This document shows positions 49,736 to 64,000 of a stretch of DNA of 64,000 bases, piece after piece. The stretch spans positions 176,516,001 to 176,580,000 of the forward strand of contig NC_058368.1 in the NCBI RefSeq assembly GCF_018350175.1. The letters run 5' to 3'. The stretch's first letter is position 1, and every line of letters starts with the position of its first letter. Source of the DNA: Felis catus (taxonomy: Eukaryota). Below the pieces are notes generated by a model that was not told the origin of the DNA, searched no databases, and was given only the letters and a program-made list of their open reading frames with translations. The position numbers and the translations under genes were made by a program.

Positions 49736-50648
49736 AGTGTGATGTTTTACCAACCCCCTGAGCACTCATAACTTGATTTCTGATTCCTTCAGTAACCTTT
49801 AATGAGTACCTACTACGTGCTAGTATAGGCCCCAACACCAGAGGGATCAAATAAAAGTTTACACATCTGTCCATCTCCTGCTCTGGACAATCTGCTTCCT
49901 GCAGGCTTTGTCTTCAGTCCCAATTCCCAACACCGCGTCCAGAAGAGGCCATGCTGATGAGTGGGTGTTGAGCAAAGTGTTGCTGCACTTCGGGGAGCAG
50001 CTGCCCTGTGAGGCTAAATCCCAGAAGACTCCCAGTTCTGGGAATGGACTAGAAAAAGGAGGTTGTTTTGACTTGGAAATGGCCCAGCTTCTCTGATGGC
50101 TCAAAATAGGCACAAGACCACAACAAACGAGTGTCTTCTGGTCTCCCCCTTCTTACCCCTGGAATCCCTGCTTGAGGGGGTGGTGGTGCTGAGGCCCAGG
50201 AAGGTGGCAGAACGAGGCGCTCATTTGCTCTCCCAAGCTGCCTCATGTGTGTGCTCCTGTGTAACAAAAGGAGGCCTTCAGGTTGGACCCGGGACCTCAC
50301 GGAGCTCAGCTCTGCCAGGAAAAGGTGGGCAGTGGGAAGGTGAGCCTGAAAGGAGGGACACGTGTCCTTCCAGAGTATGGGTGGCAGAGCAACCACAGCC
50401 TAGAGCTGGAACTCTCCATACAGGTGCGGGTGCCCAGGCTCTCCCCAGGAACTGCCCAGAGAAGTTTCAAAAAAGAAAACTCAAGGCAGTCTCAAGCTTA
50501 GGGGGGCTGGGGCCAGGCAGTGGAGAGTGTGGGAGTCAGCACCAGATACTCCTATGTTTGAGTCCCAGCCCCGCCACCTAGTGAGTTTGATCCCAAGTCA
50601 CTTCATTCATAGGGCCTTGGCTCCCTTATCCATCAGGTGGGCACAACC

Positions 50649-50825
50649 CTGCGTTTCATCAGTCCTAAGCTGCACAGTTTTTCCACATTTCAAGTCTCTG
50701 ATTAGAATGAATTGTATAGCTGTGACATCTTGCAGTTAGAATTGGCAGCCTTTTTTTTCCCCTTAGCAGTACATAAAATGGTGTATTTTATAATCAGTGG
50801 TGTTTTCGATACGCCTCAATGGGGT
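50649..50825. mobile_element. MER104-like DNA transposon MITE in the 3' UTR
   Basis: tttcatcagtcctaagctgcac..ttttccacattt...aattggcagc...cttagcagtacataaaatggtg resembles the recalled MER104 consensus. Confidence 0.65.
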
Positions 50826-53394
50826 AACAAGACCTGCCTCACAGAATTAACGCATGAAGATGCCTCGCTAGCCCAATGCCAAGGCACGTAACGATGTGAA
50901 AGAAAAAAGTGGGGTTCCCTTTCCTCTTTCTTCTGCCATGTGAGGGCCATGTGAGCAGCTAGTTCCTTTATAGCACTGAATAAAACAGTTTAGAGCATCA
51001 GGAAATGTCTGGTTTTTAGAAGATAAACACCCCCTTAATTCCTCTTGGAAACAGGGAGTCTATTTATAGCAGCTGCAGAGCAAGTTAAACAGGCCACTAG
51101 CTCTCCCTTCGTTCCAGGTAACAGGTCACCAGGAGCATGGCCTGCTCCACCTCAGGTCCAGGCCCTCGGTCACTGGTTTCCTGACGGTGGCTGTACATGA
51201 CCCTGGCTGGAACCCAGGGGAGATGGTCAGGAAAGGCAAGTGGCAGGAAAGACAAGCTGCCTCCTGCTGGCTTCTGAGACCACCAGAGCTTGTGAATGGC
51301 TCAATCCAGTCAGGGGCATTGCTGCCTGGAGTACCAGTCCCGTAGGGGAGGTCATGGGTCCCCTCCCACATGGCCTGTGCCCACATCACCCATGGGGGAA
51401 ATGGAAGGCTCCTGCAGGCCAAATTCAGCTGGGCATGGAGTGCTGCCTAGCCTCCCCAGCTCTTATACTGGCAAACTCTGGGGTTCCAGTAGCTCCCCCA
51501 AAACTTTCATCACAAAAGTAAAATGTGGGCATGTTTCCCAGACTCACTAGGGGGAAAATAACCAATTAGGGGTTCTTGCAGGAGTTAAGAGTGGGCGTTC
51601 TGAAGTTGAGATCAGCTCAGAACACGATGACCACTTCCGGGCAGAGAAGCAGGGGGCCCAAGACCTAGAGCATCACGAAGACCACCTGGGCTTATAGGAT
51701 TTGATTTGACAAGGGCCCAACTGGGGTGGGCTCTGGGTCCCCAGAGCCCCAGCAAACATGTGTCGTATGAATGCAAAAACTCTCTGGGTGTTCTTTCCCA
51801 GCCGTCATCTGTTCAGCAGATGAACAGATTAGGAATTGTGATAAAAAATGATACCCATTCTTTGCAGGGTGTCTTGGACTTTTTTACATGTTATACGGGG
51901 CCTCCCAGAGGTTCTGCAGTGGGCAGGTACTGGGCTTCATCTTGGACGGATCGGTAACTGAGAATCAGAGACGCCCAGGGGCTTCCTGAAAGATACAGCA
52001 CAAGACCGGGCAGAGGTTGGGCCCAGAACTGGGGACAAAAAGGGAAGAGAGGCCCCGGGCCGGCCCATCAGCCCAGAGATGGTCTGGGAGTCTGCAGAGA
52101 TGGGCCTAGGCAGGGTGAGGGGGGTGGGGGACAGGGGAAATGCCTGCAGAGAGTCCTGGGAAGGGGGAAGAGTCTCGATGTCAGCAGTTCAATATCTAAG
52201 CTATTAGTTAACATCTTAATGGTCAATTAACATCTTAGTAATCAGCAGCAAAAGAGAAGCTGAGAGTCAGAACTGGTTGCAAGCCTTTTCCTCCTCCCAC
52301 TTCACCAGCAGGTTGCCCTGGTGATGCCAACAGCTGCTGGTGAATGCCAGGCCCGGGGGGAGTCACAGCAGGAAATGTGGAGAGCTGTCTGGGAGATGGA
52401 GTGGCCTTTCCAATTCCAGGTGAGTCCTCTGCCTCCAGGATTCTTTCCCTCCCCCCGGCAAAGAGAACCTGCTGCTTGTCTTCTCCTCGGTGACAGCAAG
52501 GGGTGGACCAGGTGAAAAGCATCTAGGGACCAAGTCGAGGTGCACTGTGCTTCTTATTAGGCTGTCCGGGGCTGAAGGGGGTGAAGGGGGTGAAGAGGGT
52601 GAAAAGGCTTCTGGGGATGACACCACCCAGAGCTCTCGGCGGGCCATAGCACCCATCAAAACTCCCCTCCAGGACCGAGGAAGAAACTAAAAAAGCAAAT
52701 TGTTCTTTTATGTTCTCCACCCACCTTCCCCCCCAAGGCGTTGCTGCTTTGGAGCTGTAAACAATGAGCTATTTTTGCCTTCCTTTAGAAAATCCGAGTG
52801 TCCCTTTTCTATACCACCCAAGGGGGTTCTGTTTAGGTGCAGGCTTCATACATTCAAAACCAGCTGCCGTGACAGCCCCAGAAAGTGAACAATTTCTAGT
52901 CACGCTACCGTCTGGGCTCTGGATTGCACATTCCTTAGTGTTAAATAACCTCCTAGAGCCAGGATCCCTGGATAAATACCTACGCGTTCTCTCTCACTCA
53001 TTCTCTCACACATTCCCTCTCTTCTCTGTCCATTCCCTCCCCTCACCCTCTCTCACACACACTCAGCCCAACCCCAGCAAAAAGCATTGCACAGAGAATG
53101 CTGCTTCCCAGCTGAGAGGTCACCGAGGGACAGGGTGGTCTGCTAGGCAGTTCCTGAGCTTGCTCTTGGGACGGCCTTTTTGGGGGCAAAGCACTTTTGA
53201 GCCAGAAGCAGCCCTTGCCTGGGCTCAGACCCCCAGGGCCTCATCTCCATGACTGTCACGCCTTGCCCACTATTGGAGAGTGGCAGACGGGATGGCCACT
53301 GCCCTTGGATTCCTTGGCGGCCATGGTGGTTGCCTGGCCCAGGGGCCTTCAGAAAGGTGACCTTGCTCTGGCCAAGGCCCACTGGCAGGCCAGG

Positions 53395-53639
53395 CTACGG
53401 CCTGTAGATCTTAATGACATCCTTGATGGGCCTCCGGCAGATGGGACAGCAGGCCCGGGCCTGCCTCTTGAGCCGCAGGCCGCAGCTGTGGCATAGGCAC
53501 ATATGTCCACATGTGTAGATGACTGTGTCCACTTCACCGTCAAAGCACACTGTGCATTCGCCATTCTTGCTGCCTGCCGGCTCTGGTGGGGAGAACATGG
53601 GAGACACTGGGGGGCTCAGCGGGGAGCTGGGTGCCGTCA
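53395..53639 (-). CDS. NEURL1B: NEURL1B last coding exon, C3HC4 RING finger and stop codon
   Basis: (V)[80 protein letters not shown]. Polypyrimidine tract plus acceptor ctacAG ends at 53640. TAG at 53397-53395. Confidence 0.97.
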
Positions 53640-54024
53640 CTGTAGAAAGGGAGAACAAGACAGACCTCAGTAATGTGGTTTTCAGGTGGGCTCTGCTGGG
53701 GTAACCCCAGGAAGGCAGCGCTTATATGGCCGAACTTGTGGGGAAACAATTTTGTGAGATACCAATTTGGGGTTTTTCTTCTGGGCTTTGTTCCCATTCC
53801 TTCCTTCCTTCCCCCAGGAAGCAAGTCCCATCATTAGCCTTTGGGATACCAGAGCTCGATTTCTCCTCCCTCCAGGTGAATGTACAGCTGAGACAGGAGA
53901 GGATGCAGGGAAGAGGAGGGGGAAAGGTGGCCATCCTTGCTTAGCCTCAGGAAGGCTCTGGCCCAGCTGAAGGAGCCGGGCCGGCTGCCAGCCCCTACCC
54001 CCTCTAGGGCTTATACCTCCTTAC

Positions 54025-54150
54025 CCAGGGATGACTCAGATGCTGAGGAGGACTGGTTGACACTGAAGGCCATATCAGAATCACTATCATCCTGGGAGCC
54101 GCTGAGGGACCCTGATGGAGACGTGGTCGCAGGGCTGGACTGCAGGGTGC
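54025..54150 (-). CDS. NEURL1B: NEURL1B coding exon (126 bp; Ser-rich linker; probably exon 4)
   Basis: (G)TLQSSPATTSPSGSLSGSQDDSDSDMAFSVNQSSSASESSL(V). Acceptor tctcAG ends at 54151, donor GTAAGG starts at 54024. Frame joins both neighbouring exons. Confidence 0.96.
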
Positions 54151-54309
54151 CTGAGACCAAAGAGACTCCATCAGGGGCAGTGCGTGTGTGGGGGGGTGAG
54201 CCCTGTTCTGCTAGTCCCTGGCTCCTCACTCTTGCACCTTACCTTCCCCATCTGTCTAGTGGGGGGATAAGAGTTACCTCCCAGGGTTCTGCTAAGGACT
54301 AATGGAATC

Positions 54310-54782
54310 ATACATGTGTGGTGGACATCTGTTCTTTGCCTGCCCAGCCTCCATTCCTGTCTATTTCAGAAACAGTACCAGGATTTTGTTTTGAAGCACT
54401 TACTTCACCCTCACTCACATGATTCAGGCCAGGCCAATAAGATCTCCCACCCCTGCGTCTCAATGATGATTCAGTTAAGGCTACCTAACCCAACTAAGGT
54501 CAAAGAGGCCTTCACTAAAACACTACAGGTGTTGGGAAGGAAGGCGCCCACCCATTGGGAGGTAAGCCTGGCACTGTAGAGCCTGCCTGAGAGTGAAGCC
54601 AAGAGAGGAAAGTGAGCTTTGGGATGGGATCCCGATTACATGCTTTCAACACCTACATCCGGCTGTTGCTGAATCCATCCAATACATTCCCAGACTTTTG
54701 AGGTATGTGTAACCATACATTTCCCTTCTGGTACAGGGCACATTGAGTGGGGTTTTGTCACTTGCAACTACAAGATTTCTGC
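54310..54782 (+). mobile_element. Old MLT1-like LTR in a NEURL1B intron
   Basis: gagcctgcctgagagtgaagcca...gggttttgtcacttgcaac. Confidence 0.55.
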
Positions 54783-56049
54783 CTAGTAGTGTTCGACACA
54801 AATGAGTTTTCTTCTTTGCATTCACAGCTATTTATGCAATAGCTATTCTTCAGATAATAATGGGTTATTTTTTAGGTGAGATAGATGTTCCTTCCCTTAC
54901 CCTGAGGATGAATGGACAGATAATGCAGTGCTGGGGCTGCTGTCAGGTAGAAATCAGGAGGGCAAATCCCTGGCCTCCAAAAGCAGTTGCCTCCATTCTA
55001 CCTTCTCTTCCTGACCACTCAGGGGCTCATCCTGGTTCCTCTAGAGGTGCCGGGGAGGAAGGCAAGAAAGACTGACTCTAGGCTTAGTTCTTGCCAAAGC
55101 CCCAGTGGGAACTTGGGCAAACTCATCTCAGGGTAAATGATGACTATGGTCATCCCTTAAACCAACAAGTGATGACCACTGTTTCCTCGTTCTTCCTCTT
55201 CCTGCAAACAGCAGTCACTGTTAATACAACTTACTAAACATGCTGTAGGTGGCAGGCACCTGCTGAAAGCATTATATGCACCTCATCATTTCATCCTCAT
55301 GACAATGCCAGGATGCAGGTAACTACTCCCTCCCTACACAGAAGGAAATCGAGGCTCAGAGAGGGTCTGTGATTTGCCCAACATCTTCATGGCTGACCAA
55401 CTATGTGCCTGGGAGAGTCAATCTCTTTGTGCTTCAATTTTCTTATCTGGAGATGGGATAATGATATTGGTTTCATAGAAGCATCAGGAGTGTAAAACTG
55501 AACGAGATAACACGAAATGTTCACCGTTTCTGTTACCCTTTGGACCGACTTCTTGAATCATGAAAACGGAGCTGTGCTCTCTGGGAACCTTCCCTGGCCA
55601 CCACCCCTGTTTCACCAAGAGGGAGAAAAGCCCCTCAGCGGTGGCACACATCACACAGTGCAGCTCTCCATTCAGCTGTGTCTCTAAGCTCCTCCTATGC
55701 ATGGCCTGCGTCCTGTCCTCTGCCATGCCCCATCCTGGAGCCCAGGGCCTGGCCCACAGCTGGTGGGTGCTTGGTGTCCATTTGTGGCATGAATGAAGGC
55801 AAGAATCATTTTAAAATAAGATGGCTCAAGCCTCCGTTCCATTTTCTGTGGGCAGTGTTATTCTTATATCCCCTTTTAAGTATAGTTGTGTTAACTTTTT
55901 CTCCTACACTTAATATGCATTACGTAGGTAAAAGACAAGTAAGTGATATAATAGAACAACAGAAAGAAAAATTGTACCGGTCATTTACCGACTGCATAAA
56001 GCCTTCCAGGCCCTGACCCCAGCGGGAACTTAGGTCGGTGGGGGCAGAG

Positions 56050-57120
56050 TGGGGACTGGGGCGCGGGGGGAGGGGGGGAGAGGGCAGCCGCATGGACATC
56101 CCTGGCGCACTGTCAGAACCGCATTTCGGGGCCGCCCTACTGAATCAAGAAACTAGGTGGAGGCAGGAGGGCGCTAATGCACGCTCCAGTCTGGGCCCCT
56201 GCGGTGGCTAGAGCTGCCCAGCGGTACCCTCGGGCTCCCGGGGAAACCCCGCGCACGCGCGGTCGGTCGGGAAACTCACCGAGGAGGCGCAGCTGGCCCG
56301 CGGCGCCGCCGCGCACGGCGAAGAAGGCCCAGAGCGCCTGCGTGGTGTCGACGCACAGCAGGCGGCCGCGCGGGCGCCCGTTGACGCCCAGGAGCACGTC
56401 GCCGCCGGGCCGCAGCGTGAAGCTGAGCGCGTCGCCGCCGTTCGGTACGGGCCCGGCGCGCGCCACGACCCAGTACTCCTTTCGGTCGAGCAGCGCGTCG
56501 GGGTCGGCCGGCAGCTCGGCGGGCCGGAGCCCGCCCGGGTCGCACGACGTGATGCCGAAGGCTACCGCGCCGGGCGCCGCCAGCCCCGGGCGGCCCACCT
56601 CCACGAAGAGGCTCTCGCCGGGTCGCAGCGGGCGCTCGGAGAAGACGAGCGTGCGGCCGCCGTCGGGCCGCGGGGCGCAGGCCACTTTGCGGTCGGCGGA
56701 CAGGCTCACGTCGGGTCCGCGCGTCGCGTGGAAGCGCAGGTCGGCCTCGAGCAGCGCCGGCGACGACGCGGGCCGCGGGCGCTCGCGGGGCCCGCACGGG
56801 ATGGCGGCGGCCGAGGCGTCGGCGGGCGGCGGGCCCGGGGCGCGGCCCAGCGCCAGGTGGCCCAGCTTGGCCACCACTTGGTTGTTCTCGAGCTCGTTGT
56901 TGTCGAAGTTGGCGGCGTCGTGGCTGCTGGGCGGCAGGCAGGCGCTGAAGCGGGCCTGGCTGAGGCGCGCGGGCGTCAGCGTGTCGGCGAACGCGCTCTC
57001 TGCGCCGGGGCGGAAGGGGGCGGTGAGGGTGCGGGCCGTCAGCGGGGGAGTTCCCGCCCCCCCCCCGCCCCGCCGCCCACAGGCCTCGGTCCCCTCCCCG
57101 ACCCCGCACAGCCCCCCACT
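56050..57120. promoter_or_regulatory. Intragenic CpG island over the NEURL1B 720-bp exon
   Basis: Very GC-rich with dense CpG, in contrast to the CpG-depleted flanks. Confidence 0.85.
56280..56999 (-). CDS. NEURL1B: NEURL1B internal coding exon (720 bp; linker plus second NHR domain; probably exon 3)
   Basis: Translates as (E)SAFADTLTPARLSQARFSACLPPSSHDAANFDNNELENNQVVAKLGH...LRFHATRGPDVSLSADRKVA...ALWAFFAVRGGAAGQLRLL(G), matching recalled NEURL1B. Acceptor CAG at 57002-57000, donor GTGAGT at 56279-56274, phase 1/1. Confidence 0.97.
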
Positions 57121-58614
57121 TTTCTAGTTCACGTGTGTACTGACTTAAGAACCGCAGGTGCACGGAATCTGATTAAGCATAACCCTTTTGACTTTGGGAT
57201 GGGCAGATCCAGCCCTTTCTCCGTTTTCCCCTTCTTTCCTCCTCCCTTTTTTTCTCCCTCCCTTCTTCGCTCTTTTTTATTCCTCCCTCCTTCCTTGCCG
57301 CATTCCAGAGGTTTTCACATTTTGGAAAATCTGAAAACCCTGTGTTGTCGGCCTCCCCAACTAGAACATAAGCTCCAAGAAAAAGTGAACGCTTTTGCTC
57401 TTTATTTGTGGCCTTTTGTGACAGGTGCTACTTTAAGCTCCTTTCACGTGTTATCTCAGTCCTCATACAGCCTGTGAGGTATGTTCCGTTATTACCAGCC
57501 ATCTAGCAAAGAAGGGAGGTGAGGCACAGAGGGGTTAAGGAATGTGACCAAGGGTCACGCAGCAACTGTGGCAAAGCCACAACAAGAACCCTGGCTCTTC
57601 AGCACAGGCTGACTCTGAAAGAAGGCAGCACGGAGCCCAATGCCTAGGTGGTGCACAAACATGGAATGTGTAAGAGGTGGCCTCATTTTATAGGACAGAA
57701 AACTTAAGAGTTTTAAGTCAAAGTCCTGAAAATACTTTTGAATAATTTTTAGTGATAGGGAAAAATGTTCACGATACTACATATTATATAGTTAAGTAAA
57801 AGGAACAAAAGTAGTGTTTCGTTTAGGTAATACAGGTCTTTATACTTTGGTAAATTACTTGTTGATTGTCTCCCCAACTAGAATGGGAGCCCTTGCCTGT
57901 CTGTTCACCAACACGTTGTCAGGGCTTAGCAGATTGCTGGGCAAAGAACCTTCACTGTTTATTGGATGAATCAATGAATGAATGAGGTCTCTGAAAGACA
58001 CAGATGACCACTCTGAATAACAAATCAGGAGAAGAAAGAAACAGTCATTAAAGTATTGTGAAGTTCTTGTTTTAGTGATAAAAATATTCTCATTAACCAT
58101 AATAGGTAAAGCAAGAAAAAGTGTTTTTCAAACTTCTCTAACCAGCTCCTTTTGGCTAAGATTTGTTAAATGTTACCATTCTGTAGTTTATATCATGGAA
58201 AAAAGGATTTCTTTCTCTTTAGTTTTCTAAATATAAAATTAAGTCATAATAATGAAGATGATTTTTCAAAAAGCATGCCATAGCCCCTAGTGAGAATCTG
58301 TTACGTTACTCCCTACCCCACCTGTAAAAATCTACAGGTTTTATAAACTAGCCATCCAAGTTCAGACCATGGTTCATAGACCTGTTTGTGTAGCCTACTG
58401 GTGTGTTAACTAATACTTCTACGATAAATATGTATACCACAAAGTTTTATCACCAGAAAACCTGTATTTTAAAAAATTGTTTTCAATTATTAATGTGGCA
58501 AAACACCCATTATATAACATTAAGTGAACAAAAGAAGATCTAAAAGTGAATATATTATTTGATTCTAACTGTGTGGGAAATGTATGTATAGGGTGCATAG
58601 AAAAAGTACAGAGT

Positions 58615-58842
58615 GGGGCGCCTGGGTGGTGCAGTCGGTTAAGCGTCCGACTTCAGCCAGGTCACGATCTCACGGTCCGTGAGTTCGAGCCCCGCGTCGG
58701 GCTCTGGGCTGATGGCTCAGAGCCTGGAGCCTGCTTCCGATTCTGTGTCTCCCTCTCTCTCTGCCCCTCCCCCGTTCATTCTCTGTCTCTCTCTGTCCCA
58801 AAAATAAATAAACGTTGAAAAAAAATTAAAAAAAAAAAAAAA
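58615..58842 (+). mobile_element. Young felid SINE (intronic, antisense to NEURL1B)
   Basis: ggggcgcctgggtggtgcagtcggttaagcg head and long A tail. TSD AGAAAAAGTACAGA at 58599-58612 and 58843-58856. Confidence 0.95.
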
Positions 58843-59440
58843 AGAAAAAGTACAGAAAGGATATACATAACAATCTGATGCTGGTTATCTCTGGATGGAA
58901 ATTTGCTTTTTATAAAGTTTGCAGATTTTTCATTTTTCTCTAATGAACATGTATTGGTTTTGTAATCAGTAAAACAAAGGCATATGTGAAAATCTAAAGT
59001 ATTTTTTTGAAAAGGTATTTTAGATAGTGGATGTTTCTGGTGTAGACGTCAACTTCTGGCAGAGCCTCTGGGTGTGGGATGTGATACGCTTTCCCAGGAC
59101 TCTGCCCCACCCATCCTGCTAGGCTAAGCCTAAAGGCATTGGCTGTGGCAGGCCCTGGGCCTGTGTCCTTGCCAATGTTTGTTTCGTCCTCCACTCCAGT
59201 GCTCCTCCTCCTTGCCCCTGACAGCTCCACATAGGAGCCCATCCTTCAGTGCAGTAGTCTGATTAAGAGCATGGCCTGTGGAGATGGTTCAAGTCCTGGC
59301 TTCAGCCTTTCGTGGCTATGTGACTTGAGGTAAGTCACTTAACCTCTCAGAGCCTCAGCTTCTTCAGCTTAAAATGGCTTAATCCTGGTCTCTGTTGTTA
59401 CAGAGATTAAAGCAGATGCTTTTATAAGGAGTGTAGCACA

Positions 59441-59664
59441 GGGGCGCCTGGGTGGCTCAGTCGGTTAAGCAGCCCACTTGGGCTCAGGTCATGATCTCAC
59501 AGTTTGTGGGTTCGAGCCCTGGGTTGGGCTCTGTGCTGCCAGCTCAGAGCCTGGAGCCTGCTTTGGACTCTGTGTTTCATTCTCTCTCTGCCTCTCTCCT
59601 GCTTGTATCCTCAGTCTGTGTCTCAAAAAAATGAATAAACATTAAAAAAAATTTTTTTTAAATA
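59441..59664 (+). mobile_element. CAN-SINE inserted into a MIR
   Basis: Typical head and tail. TSD-like aagg(a/g)gtgtagcaca. Confidence 0.9.
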
Positions 59665-61169
59665 AAGGGTGTAGCACAGAACATGGCACAAAAGTAAGTG
59701 CTCAAAACATGTTAATTATTATCATATTTCTTCAACATTTTTTGATCAAAATGTATAGAGTACTTGCCACGTGCCAGATGCTGTGCTGGGCACTGAGTGA
59801 AGAGCAGTGAAGAAGCAGGCATGGCTCCTGTGCGGGTGGAGCTGCTAGTCCAGTGGGAGAGACAGACTTTAGGCACGAAACCGTGTAAGTACAAACTGTG
59901 ATGAATGCTGTCTTCCATGGCTCTGTAAAATGGGCATGTTTCAGTGGGGGAAACGCAGACTCTGAGATGCAGAGTGAGCTACCCCACGTCATGCAACCGG
60001 GGAGTGACAGAACTGGGGTTCTTTGAGTCTGTGTACAAGGGAGACTTGATCAGAAGTGAGGCCTGAGAAAGGGTCAGAACAGGCCTCCCTGACGGTGATG
60101 ATGGAGTGAAGGCCTGAAGGCCAAGGAAGTGGTGCCTAGGAAGTGGGGTGTAGCCATTGCAGACAGAAGGAATAGATTGTGTGAAGGAACAGCATCTCTG
60201 AGGTGAAAGCTTAGTCTGTGAGGCTGGGGTGACAACATACGTGACAGCATTCAGCCTGGTACCTGGCACACAGCAGCCCTTCGGAAAAGGTTGGGTCTCC
60301 TCACTGTATGCAAGGAGCTTTGTCCCCACCAGGCGTCTCTGAGTGAGACAGGCCCAAGATAGCACAGTGCTGGCCTAGGCCTGACACTTGACAATCCATC
60401 TCTCAAGAGATTCTCTGTGGAGAACCAGCTGGTGACAGGCAGAAATGCCACAGTATCTAAAGGCCACCAAGGGAGCTTATCAAGATTTCTAACCTGTGAC
60501 CCGCTCTCTGGGCCTGATGAAAATATACACAGCCATTTTTTTGAGACACAATCTACCAGATGCAACTCCATGCATTATCCTCATCAATCCTCCCCATTAT
60601 CCCACACAGCTCTCTAAGACGGGCACTTTTCACAGTGGGAGGCTCTGAGAGGTGGAGTGAATTAGTCAAGGTCACACAGCCAGGGGTGATCCCAATAATG
60701 AGATTCCATCTCAGGCTACGTGACTCCAAAACCAGACCCCATGACCACTAGCAGTACTGCTTCCAAAGTTCAGCTGTCCTTGTTTAGCTCTTTGAGCTGC
60801 TAGCACGTGGACTCAGCCTCAGGACAAGTGGCTCTTGGAGTTGCAGTCCCCAGGGGGCCTAATGTGACCCCCGAGGGGAAGAGTCCAACCGTTCTGCCCC
60901 TTCCCCAAACATCTACGGAGCAGCAGTCCCAGGCCAGGCACAGGGAGACTGGGGTGACTCGGATTGGCTCCCCAACCTCCCACTCTCCCTGGACCTGGGA
61001 GAAAGCTGGGTTGTTGCCTTTCTTTTCTTTCCCTAGTAGCTCTCTCAGGTCAAATATGTCTGGGGCTGGATGTAAAGCAGAATTTATGTCCCAAGAGAAA
61101 CCCCATCTTTGTGTGAAGACGAAAATGAAGGAAGGCTAGAAGAGTTAGAGACAGAAGGAACCATCCATC

Positions 61170-62950
<1,781 letters not shown>

Positions 62951-64000
62951 CCACAGGAGGGCAGGCAGCAAGGCAGGGGTGTTGGGGTTTAACAAAAAAG
63001 GGTGTGAATGCCAGGTGTGTGGGCCACTGAACTCATGCTTTTCCAAGCAAAGAAGACTGAACCAGAGAGACAGACCTGTTGGACCCTGGCCAGTCCTGGA
63101 TGCGACCTCAGTTTCCATCTGCAATGTAAGGACCCTCACCCCTGTCTCATAGGCCTGTGGGGAAAGTTAATGGTAGATCTGTGGTATAACAGTGTGCTTG
63201 GCACTGTGCCTGGCACAGAGTAGACTTTCAGGAGTCCCTAATAGGATATGCCAGTGGCCACAGACTGAAGATCTCACCCCAGACTCGGAAAGGACAATCC
63301 TTCAGGCCACCTTGCCAGGCAAATGCCTTACTATTGGGGCAGGGAGGTGGGTGCTGGCCTGGACTCTTTGGAAAGAAAATATTAACTGTAAAAGCCAATT
63401 ACTTCGTGCTGTTCCCCAGTGAGGCTCTGGATGTAGCCACCTGCAGCCAGTCCCCCCTGCATGATGTGGAGTGCTCACAGGTCCCGTGCTGAGGCAACTC
63501 CCAGGGTCTTGAGCCCGACCCCCTTGCCTATCATGACCACTTATCAGCTGGGTGACCTTAGGCAAGTCCCTGCCTCTCTCTAGGCCTCAGTTTCCTCACT
63601 TGAAGCATGGGGTGGTACAGTTGATCTCTAGGCCCTGCATCTGGATCCATAAATGCAAGTCCTTGTCAAACACTTTGTTCATAACACTAATAAACAATAA
63701 ACACCAACTCTAGTACCACCAACTGTTAGGTGGCATTGGCCAAATTATCCATCCGTGCTGATCTGCAAATGGGGGGTGATGCTACTTCCTGCCTCATAGT
63801 GTTCTTATGAGGACTGGAAGATAACACCCAGGTAAAGCTGGCAGACGGGGCTCAAGGCTTTCAAGGGTAAATTACTCCCCTACAAGGCCTATACAGAGCT
63901 GTTGTTTCTGGTTCCAGCACCCAGCTTTTCTTCTGAGGGAACTGCCTCACACCCACCTCCCACTTCCACAGATTACCTTGAGAAGGAGGCCTTAACTTGG

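Larger units (their letters stand above)
48640..53394 (-). other. NEURL1B: NEURL1B 3' UTR (long; distal end approximate)
   Basis: Follows the stop codon. Ends in an AU-rich block with AATAAA, a GU-rich tract and clustered miRNA seed matches. Consistent with the long UTR recalled for the human gene. Confidence 0.7.

Noticed and set aside
50357..50370. Palindrome GGACACGTGTCC
   Set aside because: Half-site spacing of 2 rather than 3, so not a steroid response element. Isolated, with no other support.
56177..57477. Long overlapping ORFs (316, 295 and 249 aa)
   Set aside because: Stop-poor shadow frames of the GC-rich NEURL1B exon, with low-complexity Arg/Ala/Gly products.

Overview
Mammalian (felid, judged from abundant cat-type tRNA-derived CAN-SINEs) genomic DNA. 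The right quarter holds the 3' part of NEURL1B (neuralized E3 ubiquitin ligase 1B) on the minus strand: three coding exons (56280-56999, NHR2 domain; 54025-54150; 53395-53639, RING finger) with canonical GT-AG sites and a ~4.6-4.75 kb 3' UTR ending near 48640-48780. Upstream exons lie beyond the window. The intron right of 57000 contains a decayed, 5'-truncated processed pseudogene of NUDT21 (CFIm25) in antisense orientation. Positions 1-48600 are gene-free and repeat-rich (SINEs, L1, L2, MIR, MER, MaLR LTRs). By recalled human synteny this is the interval towards DUSP1, which is not in the window. Notable non-coding features are a perfect palindromic glucocorticoid-type response element (9960-9974), two divergent CTCF cores, an AP-1 cluster, a probable L1 3' transduction inside a MER20, a twin-primed inverted L1 and a strong SINE orientation bias. 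I see no evidence of a new protein-coding system. Nearly all ORFs in the track are shadows of repeats or low-complexity sequence. Repeat family names and protein identities come from memory of consensus sequences, not from a search.
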